In this document: positions 40,553 through 59,873 of the stretch, one piece after another
How the letters are laid out: every line of letters starts with the position of its first letter
Position numbering within the stretch: the first letter of the stretch is position 1
Assembly: GCA_951406725.2 (NCBI GenBank)
Contig: OX597835.1
Location: 26,102,001-26,166,000 of the forward strand
Direction of reading: 5' to 3'
Source: Octopus vulgaris
Lineage: Eukaryota
DNA length: 64,000 bases
Made by a program: the position numbers and the translations under genes
Notes under the pieces: generated by a model
Databases searched by the model: none
Told to the model about the DNA's origin: nothing
Seen by the model: the letters and a program-made list of their open reading frames with translations, nothing else

Positions 40553-40825
40553 GTCATATGTTCGATTACCGGCTGCGCTTGATGTCCTTGTGAAAGACAC
40601 TTTGTTTTTCAGGTTGCTCCAGTCAACTCAGCTGGTAAAAATGAGTAGTACCTGTAATTCAAAAGGCCAGCCTTGTCACATTTTGTGTCACGCTGAGTCT
40701 CCCCGTGAACTAAGCAAAGAGTACGCATGTCTCTGAAGTACTCAGCCACTTGGACGTTAATTTGTTAATTTTAGGAACATGCTGTTCCGATGATCGGATC
40801 AACTGGAACACTCATCGTCATCACC
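40553..40825 (+). mobile_element. CORE-like SINE family S4, subfamily b
   Basis: GTTCGATT B-box; GTCCTTGTGAAAGACACTTT; TGCTCCAGTCAACTCAGCTG; GTACTCAGCCACTTG; shared with 54680-54955. Confidence 0.7.
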
Positions 40826-40838
40826 CCACAGAATGTCT

Positions 40839-40961
<123 letters not shown>

Positions 40962-42749
40962 AGAGAGAGAGAGAGGGGAGGGAGGGTGAGATAGAGAGTG
41001 ATGTAATTAGATATATAGGTAAATAGATAGATACATAGATAAAGAAATATCTTTAAAAATTTACGTATGCCTGTGTGTGTAAGTATATAACATAATGAAT
41101 GATTTTCTATATATAAAACCAGAAATACACGCATAAATATTCACATGCAGATATATCATAATAAATATGATGATGATGATAATAATAACAACAACAACAA
41201 CATTTTTTTTTATTGAAACCATACATATTGCAAACGTGAGTTTCGACTTTTACCAACAGTCACGGAACGAATAAAAGAAATTTATCAATATGCCTCATAT
41301 TTACGTGTGTAATAAAAAATAAACCGTTGAATGTATGACGTGTTGATTTGATTGAAAACGCATGGCAATGTAACTCATATCTACTGGTGTTTATGTATTT
41401 GGAAATATTTCAATGAAAATTTCTATTTAAGTCGGCTGAAAACGTTGAGTATGTGACGCATTTTAAAACGCATCTTCCAGTTGATTTCCAGGGTTTATTA
41501 TGCTAAAAGGTTGTCGAATCTTTAAGCATTTATGAATATTTAAAAACAGAATCGTAATTAGGCGAAAAATATATTGGTTCTTGACTAGCGTTAAAATTTC
41601 CTGTGGAACTCATCGTTGCCTTGTGTATAGTGTTTGATCTCATTTAATATATGTAAAATGAGTTCATAGTTCCTGATAGTACTATATACAAAATATCACA
41701 TTTACTTTGATGTTATAAAGTATTTTAAGACTTCTGAAAGTGTTTGTGTGTTAATTAATTCTTACCTTGAAAGGAAACTTAGTTTTGTCGATATAACTCG
41801 TAGTAAATGAATCGTTAGCTTCAAATACTTTTGCATAGTACTCTTATGGTTTCGACAGACTACTTATTTCGTGTGAAATTTGCGAGTTTAAAGCAATTAC
41901 ACGAAACGAAGAACACTGAGCACAAGTGTTTACAGTTTTTGATATTCCTGTTCCTTATTACTGTAGTACAGAACAGAAACTATATTCAACTTTATTCCGA
42001 TTAAATCCTCATACACCGTTGTTGATTTTTATAAAACCATTTTCTTAATGAGTTAAAAATAGATTTAGTGATACTTGTACTCGCAGTTAGACTACTATAT
42101 TCTTCTTTCCGGAACCAGATAACTTATGTTGTTATTTGTGTGCAATTAATCTTTTTCTAAAAACCCACTCAGTTTTAATGCTTTATGATAATACGGTAAG
42201 ATTTGTTGAGGGTAGACACCCCTATCATGTACCGGATGACCGTGATTTTCCACAACCATCACGGCGACAACCACCACTACCACTACCCCACCCCATCATA
42301 TTAGTATCACCACCACAATAATCATAGTCATTGTTTTTCGTCTCGTTCTCCTGCTTATCCTCCTCATCCTTCCCCATCATTATAGCACCAGGCAGAGGTC
42401 AAGATGACCATCATCTACCTCAAAACAACAGGTTCTGCTTTAAACCTAGAAATATCCACCTCTAAACAAACTATTTAAGTTCTTTTTTTCCAATTGTAGC
42501 TGTTCAACTTAATTTAGAAGACTGAGACACAAAAGAGCAGCGAAGAGATCTTGATAGAATTCAAGAAAATAATTCAAAACTTTGCGAATTTCCAAGAAAA
42601 TATTTCACTGATCGGACAAAAGCAAAATTTTGTTTGAAATTAAGAGTGACACAACTGATTTGTTTAACTAACACCGTTTTCTTCTCTCTACATCTGCTCC
42701 TTCGTCTCCATTTTCTCTTTCATGTTTTTGCACATCATCACCATCCCTT

Positions 42750-43259
42750 CCTCCTCCTCCTCCTCCTCCTCCTCCTCCTCATCATCATCATCATCATCAT
42801 CATCATCGTTACCAGACAGCTACCCTCAATCAAACAATATCACCACCACAGCCACCACTACTACCACCAACACCACCACCACCATACCACCACAACCACC
42901 ACCATACCACCACCACTACTACCACCAACACCACCAACACCACCACCACCACCACCACCACCACCATCATTGTCGTCTCTCTAGGACTGATAGTGAAGAA
43001 GCTATGTTCAGTGGCGCTGTTTGTAGAGGCTTTGGTTGTAGCGGTGTTTGTGGTGGTGGTGGTGGTGATGGCTGCAGTGGCGATGGTGGCAATAGTGGCG
43101 ATGGTGGCAATGGTGGCGATGGTGGTTGTGGTGGTGATGGCGGCGGTTGTGGTGCAGCAATATATATAAAGATGGGCGTGTAACAAACGGCAAGCAAGGA
43201 AAAAAAAAACATTGTGAGAAGCGAAATAATAAAAAGAATAACAATAACGATGATGACGT

Positions 43260-43341
<82 letters not shown>

Positions 43342-43527
43342 TCAAACGTATGTAACGAAGTATCTTTTCCTGGATGCTGCTGGGATTTGTTTGTTTTTTT
43401 ATTATCGTCGTCGTCGTCGTCACGTTGAGGTTGTTCTCGTTGATGTTGTTGTTGTTGCTGTTGGTGTTGTTAACTCAGATATTCCTGGAGTTGTTATTTT
43501 TTCTATAATTCTTTTTTGTGGTTGTCG

Positions 43528-43558
<31 letters not shown>

Positions 43559-43649
43559 GGTTGGTGTTAGTTTTGAGCGGAATTGTATAAGAAAGCAAAT
43601 GAACACCAAGGAATGACATGATGATGACGACAACGACGACCACGATGAT

Positions 43650-43650
<1 letters not shown>
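42750..43650. repeat. Trinucleotide mosaic: (CCT), (CAT), (CAC), (GGT), (GAT), (AAT), (GTT)
   Basis: Directly visible. Confidence 0.9.
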
Positions 43651-45240
<1,590 letters not shown>

Positions 45241-45264
45241 TTTATACATGTGTATATGTGTGAA

Positions 45265-45562
45265 GGCGCATGGCTCAGTGCTTAGAGCGTCGAGGTTGGG
45301 AATTCGAATCTCAAACCGGGCTATGTGTTGTGTTCTTGAGCAAGGCATTTTATTTCACGTTGCTCCAGTCCACTCAGCTATGGAAATGAGTTGCAATGTT
45401 ACAGCTACCAAGCTGTATGGGCTTTTGTCTTTCCCATGGATAACACTGGTGGCATGGAGAGGAGAGGCTGGTATGCATGGTCTTCCATAGACAACCTTGT
45501 CCGGAATTGGCAGGGTAAATTTCTAGGTACAATCACATGGTCAGTCATGACCGAAGGATGTC
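45265..45562 (+). mobile_element. CORE-like tRNA SINE family S4, subfamily a
   Basis: GGCGCATGGCTCAGTGCTTAGAGCG A-box; TTCGAATC B-box; GTGTTCTTGAGCAAG core; shared with 54140-54421. Confidence 0.85.
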
Positions 45563-45601
45563 ACAGCAGCATACGAATATGTATGTATATAAATGCATTT
45601 A

Positions 45602-45641
<40 letters not shown>

Positions 45642-46248
45642 TATATATATATATGTGTGTGTGTATATATAATATATATATATGTATATATATGCATATA
45701 TATGTATATATGTCTATATACATATATGTATATATATGTATATATATGTATATGTATGTATGTATATGTATATATATTTATGTATATATATATATATATA
45801 TACATACATATATATACATATATATATATACATACATAGATATATATACATACATGCATTCATACATGCATACATACACCCACCCACACACATATATATA
45901 TATATATATACACACACGACAGAAAATTTCAGAATGCATCTACCGTACTTCCTTCGTCTATATCACTCGACCTGAGGGATTCGACGTGAGCGGTCCTGGT
46001 GTCTGTCTGTTCGTCCTTTTCATCTTCCTGTCTTATGTCACTCTTCTATGAACCACTCACATTTACATAATGGAAAATTTTCTCTGCAATTATCAGAACA
46101 AAGCTCCTAAAACCAACCTGTTATAACAGGCATTGTTTTATCTTCTACTTCTCATCTCTTCAACTTGTAATGATGTGCATACATGCACCCCAACACACCC
46201 AATCGAAACACATACACACATACACATGTACGTCCATAGATACATACA

Positions 46249-46282
<34 letters not shown>

Positions 46283-46398
46283 CATACATACATACATACA
46301 TACATACATACACAGATGACTGAATTTATATATATATATATATATATATATACATAGAATAAAGGAATAAAAGGATATCCATATATGTGTGTGTGTCT

Positions 46399-46516
46399 GT
46401 GGCGCAGTAATGGCTGTGTAGTAAGTAGCTTGCTTACTAAGTATGTAGTTCCGGGTTCAGTCCCACTGCCTGGCACCTTGGGCAAGTTTCTTCTACTGTA
46501 TCCTCGGACCAACCAG
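46399..46516 (+). mobile_element. SINE S1 head, inverted duplicate of part of the copy at 46607-47079
   Basis: Shares private variants and flanking DNA with 46964-47142. Confidence 0.85.
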
Positions 46517-46530
46517 TTTGTGTGTGTGTT

Positions 46531-46606
<76 letters not shown>

Positions 46607-46853
46607 TTTTTTATTCTTTTATTCTTTTACTTATTTCAGTCATTTCATTGCGGCCATGCTGGAACACCGCCTTCAGTCGAGCAAATCGACCCTAGGACTT
46701 ATTCTTTGTAAGCCTAGTACATAATTCATCAGTCACTTTAGCTGAACCACTAGGTGACGGGGACGTAAACACACAAGCATCGGTTGTCAAGCGACGTTGG
46801 GGGGGACAAACATGGACGCACAAACATACACACACACACACGCATACACACAA

Positions 46854-46887
<34 letters not shown>

Positions 46888-47079
46888 TCACACATACACA
46901 CACACACATATATATACGATGGGCTTCTTTCAGTTTTCGTCTACCAACTGCTCTCACAAGGCCCTGGTCGGCCCGAGGGTACAGTAGAAGAGACTTGCCC
47001 AAGGTGCCAGGCAGTGGGACTGAACCCGGCACCACATTCTTAGTAAGCAAGCTACTTACTACACAGCCGTTACTGCGCC
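46607..47079 (-). mobile_element. SINE S1, full length
   Basis: Complete head, core and tail. Confidence 0.9.
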
Positions 47080-47119
47080 TCGGACACGCATACACACACA
47101 CACACACATATATATGGAT

Positions 47120-47345
47120 ATTCTTTTATTCCTTTATTCTATAACTTGGTTTTGCCATTCGACTGAGGCCATGCTGGAGTTTCGCCTTGAAGGTTTTTAG
47201 TCGGACACGTCGATCCCGGGACTTATCTTTTAAGCTTAGTACTTTTTATATCGGTCTATTTTGCCGAACTGCTAAGTTACGGAGATGTAAAGAAACGATC
47301 ATCGGTTGCCAAGTGGAGTGGTGATGGGGGCATAAACACAAACAC
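47120..47345 (-). mobile_element. SINE S1 3' part, diverged
   Basis: GACTGAGGCCATGCTGGAG...TTTGCCGAACTGCTAAGTTACGG. Confidence 0.75.
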
Positions 47346-47396
47346 GAATGATACACATACATACATCCATCCCTCCAGATATATATATATATATAC

Positions 47397-47434
<38 letters not shown>

Positions 47435-47437
<3 letters not shown>

Positions 47438-47647
47438 AATATGCAAATATAAAAATGGAACAAGACCGCAATAGAGGACCTTAAAACATTCGGTTAGATA
47501 AACGATACAAAGGCGGACAAGAGAAACAGCAATTAGAAGGACAGACAAAAAAAAAATACAGGTCATTCGTGGCTTTCTTTCCTCAGTCAAGTTCCAGAAG
47601 TCACGACCATTTCGGGCAATCACACTTGAGATGGTTCGATCTGGTGT
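47435..47647 (-). mobile_element. Family D element
   Basis: Reverse complement aligns by eye to 28985-29140. Confidence 0.65.
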
Positions 47648-47944
47648 CTGTGTATATGTTTGTGCATCTATATCGCATATACATATACGTCGTGCTTCTT
47701 TCAAGAAGGGATCAGAGTTATAAGTATACTAAAAATGAAGTTAGTCACTTCTTGAGAGTCTGGCTAACGCTCTGGTGCACAGGTGCTCTCGACTGAGGAC
47801 AAGCAAAATAGTTCGGAACTGTATTAGACTCTTGCACCTGTTACCTGCTGGAGAGCAATAGGAGTTCACTCCCTCTGCTAACAATACATATTGGATATAA
47901 AGATGGCAGTAGTAACATGGAACAGACACTTTAATGTGGTGACT

Positions 47945-48033
<89 letters not shown>

Positions 48034-50395
48034 AACGCACCTCATATATGTATATTTATACACGCACACACACACACGTAAATGCATACATATATACATA
48101 CATATAGAAGCCTACAAGCACAGATAAATAGATGTATATATATATATATTTATGCGTGTGTATATATATATATTTATGCGTGTGTATGTGTGTGCGTGTA
48201 TGTGTATGTGTGTGCATGTATGCATAATGCAGATTAAAAAACGAGAAATCTCATTTATGTCAGGGATCTAAGCGAAATCAAAAACAAAATTTCATTCCGA
48301 TCTCGTTTATCACCGATATAATCCTTCAAGTCTTTCATTCTTTGCAGGCAAAAAAAAAAAAAAAAAAACTCCCCCCAAAACGCGAAGTCTCTTCTTGGCG
48401 CCATTCTAAATGCAATTGCAAACTGCCAGGAAGCTACCGAGGAGTTTCCTCCTCTGGCAATCGGATATCCCTCAACAAAACATGATATATCGATGAAAAA
48501 ACCGCTTACATCCTAAAGAATCGTGCAGCAGTCACAGCAGAAACGTCAGAAAAGATAAACGTTTGTAAACAAACACGATTTGTCGGATTTGTTCCAAAAA
48601 GGATTACATTTATTGTCTTGTGATTTGCTGGAATAATACATAATTCTTTGATGTAATATCGTGTATTCTGTTTTATCTATGAAAATAATTATTTCTTGTT
48701 TGTTGCTATATTTAAACGCCATAGATGTTGACATTGGTTCTGGAGATTCTCCAAAGTCCTCTCGCTGGTCGAATAAATTGAACTGAATAAGAAGTTAAGG
48801 ACTGATTCTCGTAACTGTAGATGGTTGAGAGCGTACGATTACTTGTAGAATTCGGCAAGAAAAGAAAAGCACATTCGAAGCTGAATCGCCAAATTGCAGA
48901 GGTAAAGAGTCACTTATGGCTTAGCCATAACCCTACCACGTGATCGGCAGATTAACTGATCAAACAGCATGGGGCTATCATGTGATCTGTCGAGGTTTAT
49001 AAAGAGACGAGTATTGGCGTTAAATACAAGCATGTTGGAAATCTTCACCATGAAAACCACATTCTCGTTTTTCAGCATCTCAAAGTTGTTTTACCAACTT
49101 CTTATTCAGCCAATCAAACAGCAGCTACAGTCTTGCAGTCAAAAATTAGCATAATATTTCTCCAGTCTTGACAGCGTATTCACAGTCTTACTAACCAAAT
49201 ATTTTGTTATAACTACAAAACTGTCATTTTGTATGAGTGTACTTTGTTGATTTTATTATTAATTCAAGACAAACATGGAGAATTTTATTACGATAAATAA
49301 AGCTTCTGTTAATTGGTTACGAGTGTCGCGCACCTTCAAAACCCAGCTCGACCACCAGCACCTCCATATTATCCATTTGATGGCCTACAAAACGATTGGT
49401 GACTCCTCGTGAAACATGTTAGTGGCAGGATGTCTGTTGAGCTTCTAATGTAATACGTACAGGGCATTGTCATGATTGAACAGAATACAAAACCACTGGA
49501 GACGTGAAATGCGTGGAAAGTGGTGGAAGACGGCAATAGACAATACTCTTTTTTAACCAGTGACGGAGTAGGTATGCTAGTTGGAAGAAGTAGTAAACCA
49601 TGACATCTCTTGGTCTGATGGAAATTGTAAAATGGTGGGAAAATGCAGTTATATTAGAAACGAGGATGGTATCGCATATAACGATGGCCATAGCTCATCT
49701 GCTGTCAAAATCAAAGATCTAAACACCAGAAGATAAAAAATAAATCGCATACAGACTGCAACGCCAGAAACACACAACCCACAATGTAGATTTTTGGACT
49801 GATACTTCACTTCGGTGCACCGTGAAGCAGACGTTGCCATTTTGCCATTTCCATAAAATAACAAATAAATGCATTTATATCCAATTATCGGAAGCCAGAA
49901 AGGGTTCTGTCAGTGTGAACTATATTCAGTGCAATAGTAGGGAAAGAGGTGTGTTTAAACTGCTCCGGAATTACAGATCTGGAGGAGATCCACAATGCAC
50001 TACAGCCCAAGACACTAAAATTACAAGAGGCTGCAGAAATCTATATTTTTAACGCCATTTGTAAAGAGCAAATCTCAAAGAATGAAGTTACATTCATAAT
50101 GCAAATATACGTCAATTCTGTATGAATTTCCCGGGATCTTTCGTGCCAGCCTTATAATTCAGAGGAAATTTACACTGCCATGAAAAATGCTGACATCAAT
50201 CGAATTTTCTGTTGAATAAAATGCCTGTAATTGTGACATGATTACTTTTGATGATTTGTAAGCCAGAAAATTTGTAGTTAGATGTTTAATGGCATAGACT
50301 TACAGGACTTGTTTTGCTTATTGTTGTTGCATATACTGAGATGTAAACAGAAGATTTAGCCATAGGATTGTAAAGAGATCATAGAAACATAGAAA

Positions 50396-50438
50396 CATTT
50401 ATCCTCTATGTTTCTGGAAGAAACATAGAGGATAAATG
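50396..50438. repeat. Perfect 20-bp hairpin with a 3-nt loop
   Basis: CATTTATCCTCTATGTTTCT-GGA-AGAAACATAGAGGATAAATG. Confidence 0.9.
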
Positions 50439-51025
50439 GATATGGCTTGGCCACATTGAGAACGACGGCAATTAGTATATTTATACAGCCAAAAGTTAAG
50501 ATTGCCCTTAATACTAAACTAGCATTTGAGATTTAAGTTTCTGTTTGAAGTTATCTCACTAACCAATCCCAAACCAATTGAGAAAATCTTTTACATTAAT
50601 AAATGTTCTAACCACCCATGTAATATGACTAAGTAGGGGGGTTTCAATTACATCTAACCGAGTAGTAATCAGCTAAACAACCAGAAGACGTCCGTCCAAT
50701 AAAACACTTATGTTAATGTATCGGTTGTTGTACAAAGAATCGTGTGTTGTCGCTGATCTACAACCACCGGAAGTTGTCTGGTAGCCACTGTATGAGTTAA
50801 TTTATGTAATCAGATGACCGAATGTCGGGGAACTCAGGGCATAAATTAATATTATTCAACTGAAGTAAATCAGTATAATCTGCAATAGTATCAGTACGTA
50901 TAAATGTATATATATATATATGTATAAACACATATACATAGATACATAAATACATAGAAACCCACATACACGTATATATATATATAAATATATACATATA
51001 TAAATGTATATATATTTATAAATGC

Positions 51026-51077
<52 letters not shown>

Positions 51078-51679
51078 AAATAACGTAAAACACATACAAT
51101 AGACATATGTGCACATACTCATGATAAATATAAAAAAAACTGTATAAAGAGCCCGGATACAAATAACATAGAAAGCGAATCCATATACACACACAAACAC
51201 ACATGCAGTAACTACACAGACGGCTGGAACAACATCAACAACACGACTAACAACGACAACAGCAACAGTGGCTGAGGGGAGGGTCATAGTGCTACTAAAC
51301 ACAATGACACACACAGACACATACACACATACACACGCACGTACACACACATACACATGTAGATACACACACAAACACGGACGAGCATGAGCATATAAGG
51401 ATGCACATCATAGAAACACAGAATGGAATAAGCAGAGCAAGAGCACACACGAAGACGGAAAGTGGTTGTGTGGAGGTCAGAGATGTGTGACGAAAGATTT
51501 CAGGGCAATGGTCATGAGTTAGAATAAGAACAGTTATAAACGAGTGAAGTATGAATATATAGTGTGTACGTTTATTCGTGGGGAAAAATTGAAGAATGAC
51601 CATCCCGAAATAAAATATCCGTTTCAACACACGACTTCCCATCAGGAATCTTGCAAGACAAATTCATATACGTATATAC

Positions 51680-51776
<97 letters not shown>

Positions 51777-51978
51777 GTGTGTGTGTCTGTGTGTGTGTGT
51801 GCATGTGAGAGTTTATGTGTGTGTGCGTGTATGTATATATTTGCATATATATAGACATATATATATATATATATGAGTATGTATAATGTACAGTATATAT
51901 ATATATATATACACACATATATATATATGTACACACACATATATATGTATCTCTATATATATAATATATATATATATA

Positions 51979-52027
<49 letters not shown>

Positions 52028-52629
52028 ATACACCCACGCGCGCAAACACCTACACAGTTATTTGTACAAAAATTCTTGTATGTATGTCTCTGTATGTTTG
52101 TGCATGTGTGTGTGTGTGTCTGTGAGTGTGTATAAGAGTAGGTGTACGTTCGTGTGTCGGTGTGTAACACCTAATAAATTAAGGTAATAAATCTAAGACA
52201 CATGAAAGAAATCTAAAATGTCGGTAACGAACTTCCAAAAAAAAAAAGAAAAAAAAGAAAAAACAGAAAGTGATGAAAGCGATCGATGATGTAACGCATT
52301 GCTTTCAAGGGTCTGATCGAAGCTGTAGATTTCTCGACACAAGACACCATAGAAGCGGACACGCTATCTTTGTACAAGCGGCGTAGTCTGACGCTGCCTC
52401 TACAGCGAGGCGTCATCGCATTACGTTACTTCCAAAGTGTCAAACTGTATTATATTACACGTCTGTGTCAGAGTTTCGCCTTACAGTATTACGTACTATA
52501 CAGGACTCCACCATGTATAATAGATTATATATACATATAAATATATATGTATATATGCATATATATACATATATATATATATTTATATATATACATATAT
52601 ATATATAAATATATGTATATATACATACA

Positions 52630-52666
<37 letters not shown>

Positions 52667-52833
52667 ATAATAAGAGTAAATAATATCTATATTTATATAT
52701 ATATATACATATATATATGTATAATATATATATATATATATATAAGCTCATATATATACATATACATAGATATGTTCACGTATATATATACATAAATATG
52801 AATATACATACACACATATATATATATATACAC

Positions 52834-52900
<67 letters not shown>

Positions 52901-52970
52901 TAGATAGATAGATAGATAGATGGTTAGATATACATGTATATGTATATGCATACATACATATATACATACA

Positions 52971-53028
<58 letters not shown>

Positions 53029-53588
53029 CAAGCGTGAAAGTATGTATTATGTATATATATATATATATATATATATCTAAGTCTATATCTATCTATGTAT
53101 ACATACATATATATATACATACATGCACATATACATAAACACACACACACACACACGCACACACACACAAACACTCGCACACACACAAACACTCACACAC
53201 ACACTCGCACACACACACACTCGCACACACACGTACTTACACACACTCACGCTTTTATTTTTAAAAAGCAAAGGATTACCCCAAAACGATAACAAGTTTC
53301 CTTTCAGTTAGGTATTCAAACAAATAAATCAAATAAAGTTCTTATAAGATAAAAAAATTAGAGGAACATTCCATTGAATAATATTGAATATATTTCCTTA
53401 ACCACAGAGGTTTCCTGGAGTATGAATATTAACATTACACAATGCAGAGACGATAAAAGAAAATCTTTAAACTGTCAAATTGAATGATATCAAGTAAAGA
53501 TTGAAACACGTGTTGGTCTATATAAGGCGATATATAAATTAAAGGATTAAAGATAGTGCTATGCAAATTCGTAGAATCCTTATTACTG

Positions 53589-53701
<113 letters not shown>

Positions 53702-53824
53702 AGCAGGAGTGGCTATGTGGTAAGTAGAATGCTTACCAACCGCATGGTTTCGGGTTCAATCCCACTGCATGGCACTTTGGGCGTGTGTCTTCAAATACAG
53801 CTTCGGGCCGATCAAAGCCCGTCG

Positions 53825-53861
<37 letters not shown>

Positions 53862-54060
53862 TTGTGTGTCCGTGCTTGTCTCCCCAACCTCGCTTGACAA
53901 CTGACGCTGGTGTGGTTACGTCCCTATAACTTAGCGGTTCGGGAAAAAGAAACCGATAGAATAAGTACTAGGCTTACAAAGAGTAAGTCGATTTGCTCGA
54001 CTAAAGGCAGTGCTCCACCAGCATGGCCCCAGTCAAATGACTGAAACAAGTAAAAGAATA
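53702..54060 (+). mobile_element. SINE S1, near full length; a second tail copy follows at about 54068-54130
   Basis: GCAGGAGTGGCTATGTGGTAAG...GGGTTCAATCCC...CAGTCAAATGACTGAAACAAGTAAAAGAATA. Confidence 0.9.
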
Positions 54061-54139
54061 AACACACCTTAAGGAGGTGCTCCAGCTTAGCCACAGTCAA
54101 ATGACTGTAACATGTACGAGAATAAAGGAATGCTGACTA

Positions 54140-54421
54140 TGACTGACCATGAGACTGCACTTAGAAAGTCCAGGCAAGTTTGTTTATGGAAGACCAGCAA
54201 TCGCCCATGTATACAGGCCTGCTCCCTTCACGTCAACAGTGTTATCCAAGGGGAAGGTAAAGGCCGATACAGCTTGGCACTTGTGACGTTGCATCTCATT
54301 TCTACAGCTGAGTGAAATAAAGTGTCTTGCTCAAGAACACAACACGTAGCCCGGTCCGGATTCGAACACACAACCTCACCATCGTAAGCGCGACGCCGCT
54401 CTAACCAGTGAGCCATGCGCC
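54140..54421 (-). mobile_element. SINE S4a
   Basis: Reverse complement of the family at 45265-45562. Confidence 0.85.
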
Positions 54422-54679
54422 TTCACATAAAGGAATATATATATGTGTGTGTGTATGTGTGTATGTGTCTGTGTGTGTGTATGTGTGTGTGTATGTGTGT
54501 GTGTGTGTGTGTGTGTGTACATATACATATATATTACCGAGATGTATTTTCAAAGTAAGTAACTTCTTCCGAGGTCATGTGTTGAAAGATGGCATCGATG
54601 ACCTGGGACTCCAAGCCAATCTCTGAAGATACAGCAAAGGTTTCCTGTTGCCATTTGCCGGTTTTACTCGCACACCTTC

Positions 54680-54955
54680 GGTTACGTCGGCGCGGATTCC
54701 AGTTGATACGATCTGCGGAACAGCCTGCTCATGAAATTAACGTACAAGTGGCTGAGCACTCCGCAGACACACATACTCTTAAGTGTGGCACTCAGAACAT
54801 GACAAGATCGACCCTTTGAATTAGAGGTACAATTAATTTTTATCAGCTGAGTGAACGGGAGCAAAGTGAAGTAAAGAACACAACACGCTGGCGGGAATCG
54901 AACTCGCGATCTTTCGATCGTGAGCCGAATACCCTTACCAGTAAGCTACGCGACT
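54680..54955 (-). mobile_element. SINE S4b
   Basis: tRNA-like head (GCTTACTGGTAAGGGTATTCGGCTCACGATC..GAGTTCGATTCCC); body matches 40553-40825. Confidence 0.75.
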
Positions 54956-55939
54956 TCTTTTGGTTTATTTACAGTTTACTCCACTAGAATCCAGCTTTCT
55001 AAAGCTTGCACTTGAGACGCAGCACGCATCTAATTAATCCTTAGGCAGAATGACTGATTAATATGATGTTACTGTAAGTAAATACATAGTGTGCCCATGT
55101 GACCGATTCTTAGGGGGTCAGACATCCTTCTAGGTATGGTCCTATACCTTAACCACATCATCAAATTCTGTTATCTGTCCAACGATTGAGGCTTTTGACA
55201 AATAACACCATCCCAGGTCAGAGCAAATCTGGAACTAGCGGTGACTAAGAAGAAAAAAAACTCCGTTCACGCCAAAACTTCTGCTGTCGAAAGCAGGAAT
55301 CTCAGTTCCTTTAAATGTCTTTCACGGGACAATAGAAGCCATCACGAGAGACAAATCATTTAGGTGTGGGATCAAATCCTAAGACGAAATTTATGGCTGC
55401 GTAACACCAAGCGTCTAAAATCGATTAAATGCAGAGAGGTAAATAAAATGGGGTGGAATTCATTAAAATTCATTTCACAGAAAGCCATTACTTCAGTCAC
55501 CTCATTCTTTATCTCAGCCAATCAGAAGCAGAATAGAAAACGAGAGAGGTACGAAGGAGGAAAAGCAAAAACAAACACAAAACTCAACGGACACATACAA
55601 AATGTGTTCGTTGGCGCACATACACAGTTACTTACATGCAAACACATAATAATCATGACGTTATTATAGTATTTGATGATAAGGTCAGAGCAACATGCGA
55701 CGTCGATGAAATGAACTTAGGGAAAAAAAAAACAACAAAAACAACGACAACAAAAATACAAAAAAAACTAATGGCATGTTTCCCAATCATTATTAAACAA
55801 AGAAACGATAACAAAGAAATGACGTTTTACTTGTAAGGAATAATGGCAGAAGGGACAAAAAAAAAATGACAACAGAAAAAAAACGCCGCGTATTTTCTAG
55901 ATCTCTTTTTCTAAATATCTATGTTTTCTCTACACATTC

Positions 55940-59560
<3,621 letters not shown>

Positions 59561-59789
59561 CATCAAATGCTTGATGCATATATTTTATATCAAACAGATT
59601 GTGTTTGTGTATATACCTGCGTGCAGAAACCTATGTGGGTTGCTGCGTATGTAATCAGGAGACGATGTACTTTGAATAAATAAGTACCAGAGAGTTGGTC
59701 TTCGTCTCTGCTTTTGCTGATCTTCAGGTTAAACTGAAAACGTGTCGAGATCAGAGGATGCCACAGACGTAGATACATGTCTATAACAA

Positions 59790-59828
59790 TATCACAAACA
59801 TATCAATGTGTCATACATGTTATTTATA

Positions 59829-59873
<45 letters not shown>

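Noticed and set aside
45265-45320. tRNA-like sequences (also 11168, 53702, 54890-54955)
   Set aside because: SINE heads with A/B boxes that continue into SINE cores; no complete cloverleaf
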